A stretch of DNA of 64,000 bases from NCBI RefSeq assembly GCF_902459465.1, contig NC_047080.1:3782001-3846000 (forward strand). The letters run 5' to 3'. Positions 62,194 to 64,000 of this stretch are shown here, piece by piece. Position 1 is the first letter of the stretch. Every line of letters starts with the position of its first letter. The notes under the pieces were generated by a model. The model saw only the letters and a program-made list of their open reading frames with translations, did not search any database and was not told where the DNA came from. The DNA is from Asterias rubens (lineage: Eukaryota). Made by a program: the position numbers and the translations under genes.

Positions 62194-62672
62194 CGGTCCT
62201 ACTACCTAGACTTGCCGTCAACTCGCCGACTTGCCGTCAACTCGCCGTCAACTCATTTTCGTGCCGTCAACTCATTCAATTTACATGAACAATTTATAAA
62301 TGGGACACGGAAGTGTTTAAGTCTGGGCTAAACTACATATTTCTCATGGTTTTCGGTAAAAATTCATTCACAAAAACGACTTTGTGTTGATAGAAAAAAA
62401 GTACCAATCATTGACATCTTGGGCCAAGACTAATCAATGTGAAAAAGCAAGATGGCGGCCGACGGTTTTGCTGTTTCGAGATAATTTTTTTACGAGAAAA
62501 AAACTCAATTTTTATTCCGAAATATGACCTAAAACTTTCGCGAATTCTCTTTGAGCTGATACTTTACAGTTCTATGCTTCTTTTGTGGATTTTAAATGTA
62601 TATTGGAGGAGTTGACGGCGAGTTGACGGCGCAAGTGAGTTGACGGCGAGTTGACGGCAAGTAGTAGGACCC
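62194..62672. mobile_element. 479-bp non-autonomous DNA transposon with an 8-bp target duplication and subterminal GCCGTCAACTC arrays
   Basis: GCTAGGCA on both flanks (62186-62193 and 62673-62680); TIR GGTCCTACTAC / GTAGTAGGACC. Confidence 0.85.
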
Positions 62673-62794
62673 GCTAGGCATACTCCTGCGGTTTCGTTCC
62701 GCTATCGTCTCTCGCCATGGAGGTAGAATTCCATGCTCTCGCAAACTGGAGACTAGGCCTACCTTAGCCCTTGTAGTAGGACGTCAGTCAGTGC

Positions 62795-63645
62795 GGATAA
62801 CTTTCCGTATGGCGCCACCACTTTTTCACTCATTTTTACAAAAAGGGATATCTCATTGAGGTAAATATTAAAATAAGATACTATATTATTATTTCATATC
62901 GAATGAAAAAGTGGTGGCGCCATATGGAAACTTTTCCTATAGTATAAAATCATGGTTTAAAAAAAAAACGCTCATTCTTGAAATCCTCTTTTTCCATTAT
63001 AAGCCTACCTTGTTGATAGTTGCGATAACGTAACCCTCCTCCGGACGGCCGCCAGGAGGAGGGTTACGTTATCGCAACCTTGTTGATTGAACTTGTTGAA
63101 TGATTTTTGACAATATTTCCCTTTAAAATTTAAAATTTTGAAAAATCCTCTGGAGCTAGAATCCGAATCGGATAACTTTCTGTATGGCGCCACCACTCTT
63201 TCACTCATTTAAAAAAAAAAGGGACATCTCAATGAGGTAAATTGTAGATTATTTCATATCAAATAAAAAAGTGGTGGCGCTATTTGAAAACTTTTCCCTA
63301 GAATCATTATTATTGGGGTGAACTCCTTTTAACCAATTTTCATACCACTTTTTCACTCATTTTTACAAAAAGGGACATCTCAATGAGATAAATTGTAGAT
63401 TGTTTCATATCAAATAAAAAAGTGGTGGCGCTATTGGAAAACTTTTCCCTAGAATCATTATTATTGGGTGAGACTCCTTTTAACAAATTTTCATTATTAC
63501 TATGGACAAAAATTTCCTTCCACAACTTTTTCATTCGATATGAAATAAATTGGTGGCTAATTTTACTCAAATGATATTCCTTTTGGGAAAAATAAGTGAA
63601 AAAGTGGTGGCAGGATATGAAAGATTTTCATCCTGCCACCACTAC
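62795..63645. mobile_element. Cluster of about 4 GGATAACTTTCCGTATGGCGCCACCAC-type MITEs (direct and inverted copies)
   Basis: Repeated ATGGCGCCACCACT...AGTGGTGGCGC(C/T)AT units at about 62795-62938, 63168-63298, 63335-63448 and 63520-63645. Confidence 0.75.
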
Positions 63646-64000
63646 GGTCATGCATTTTTACCAAGCTTAAGGAATAGGCCTATCTCGTTCGAGTAATTTT
63701 TTTATATACAAACTCATGGTAATGGGGCGGGGATGGGGTGTGGCTAATAGGTGTGGCTCGGCAGAGTCTGAAAACTAACTGCGGAAAAAAAGGGACTTTG
63801 TGAAATAGGAAAATAGAATTGACACAAGAAATAATTATGATAGAAATCAATCAATAGTCACTACTTTGACACTAGTCAACAAGTCGCGTGAGGCAGTACA
63901 ACGCAAAGCTAGTCTCAAAGCTTGGTGAAAGAGTATGTTCTTTTTTCCATTCCTATGTTTTTAGGACATGACTACCATGATGCCTGGTATGGGTCATAAC

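Overview
This is AT-rich, intron-containing animal genomic DNA. The proteins and the repeat landscape point to an invertebrate deuterostome, most likely an echinoderm such as a sea star (inference). I built six protein-coding genes by hand from splice sites and reading phase: (1) an intronless GT31 beta-1,3-galactosyltransferase-like gene (-); (2) a trypsin-type protease with at least four sushi/CCP domains and no vWA domain (+, 5' end not found); (3) a CTR/SLC31 copper transporter (-) lacking the usual N-terminal Met motifs and C-terminal HCH; (4) SET/TAF-I (+), which has a textbook U12-type intron; (5) SCFD2 (-, 15 coding exons); and (6) an orphan neuropeptide-precursor-like gene (+) with a signal peptide, KR sites, an internally duplicated helical peptide and a C-terminal GK amidation signal. 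A tRNA-Ser(CGA) lies about 600 bp upstream of the SET start codon. The rest is dense in non-autonomous elements: about 15 TTAA-flanked Kolobok-like MITEs, several other MITE families (one with a 9-bp and one with an 8-bp target duplication), three or four tRNA-derived SINE families, LINE fragments and a 34-bp minisatellite of about 1.2 kb. The most promising item is the neuropeptide precursor at 57887-59919. All coordinates were read by eye, so repeat boundaries are approximate.
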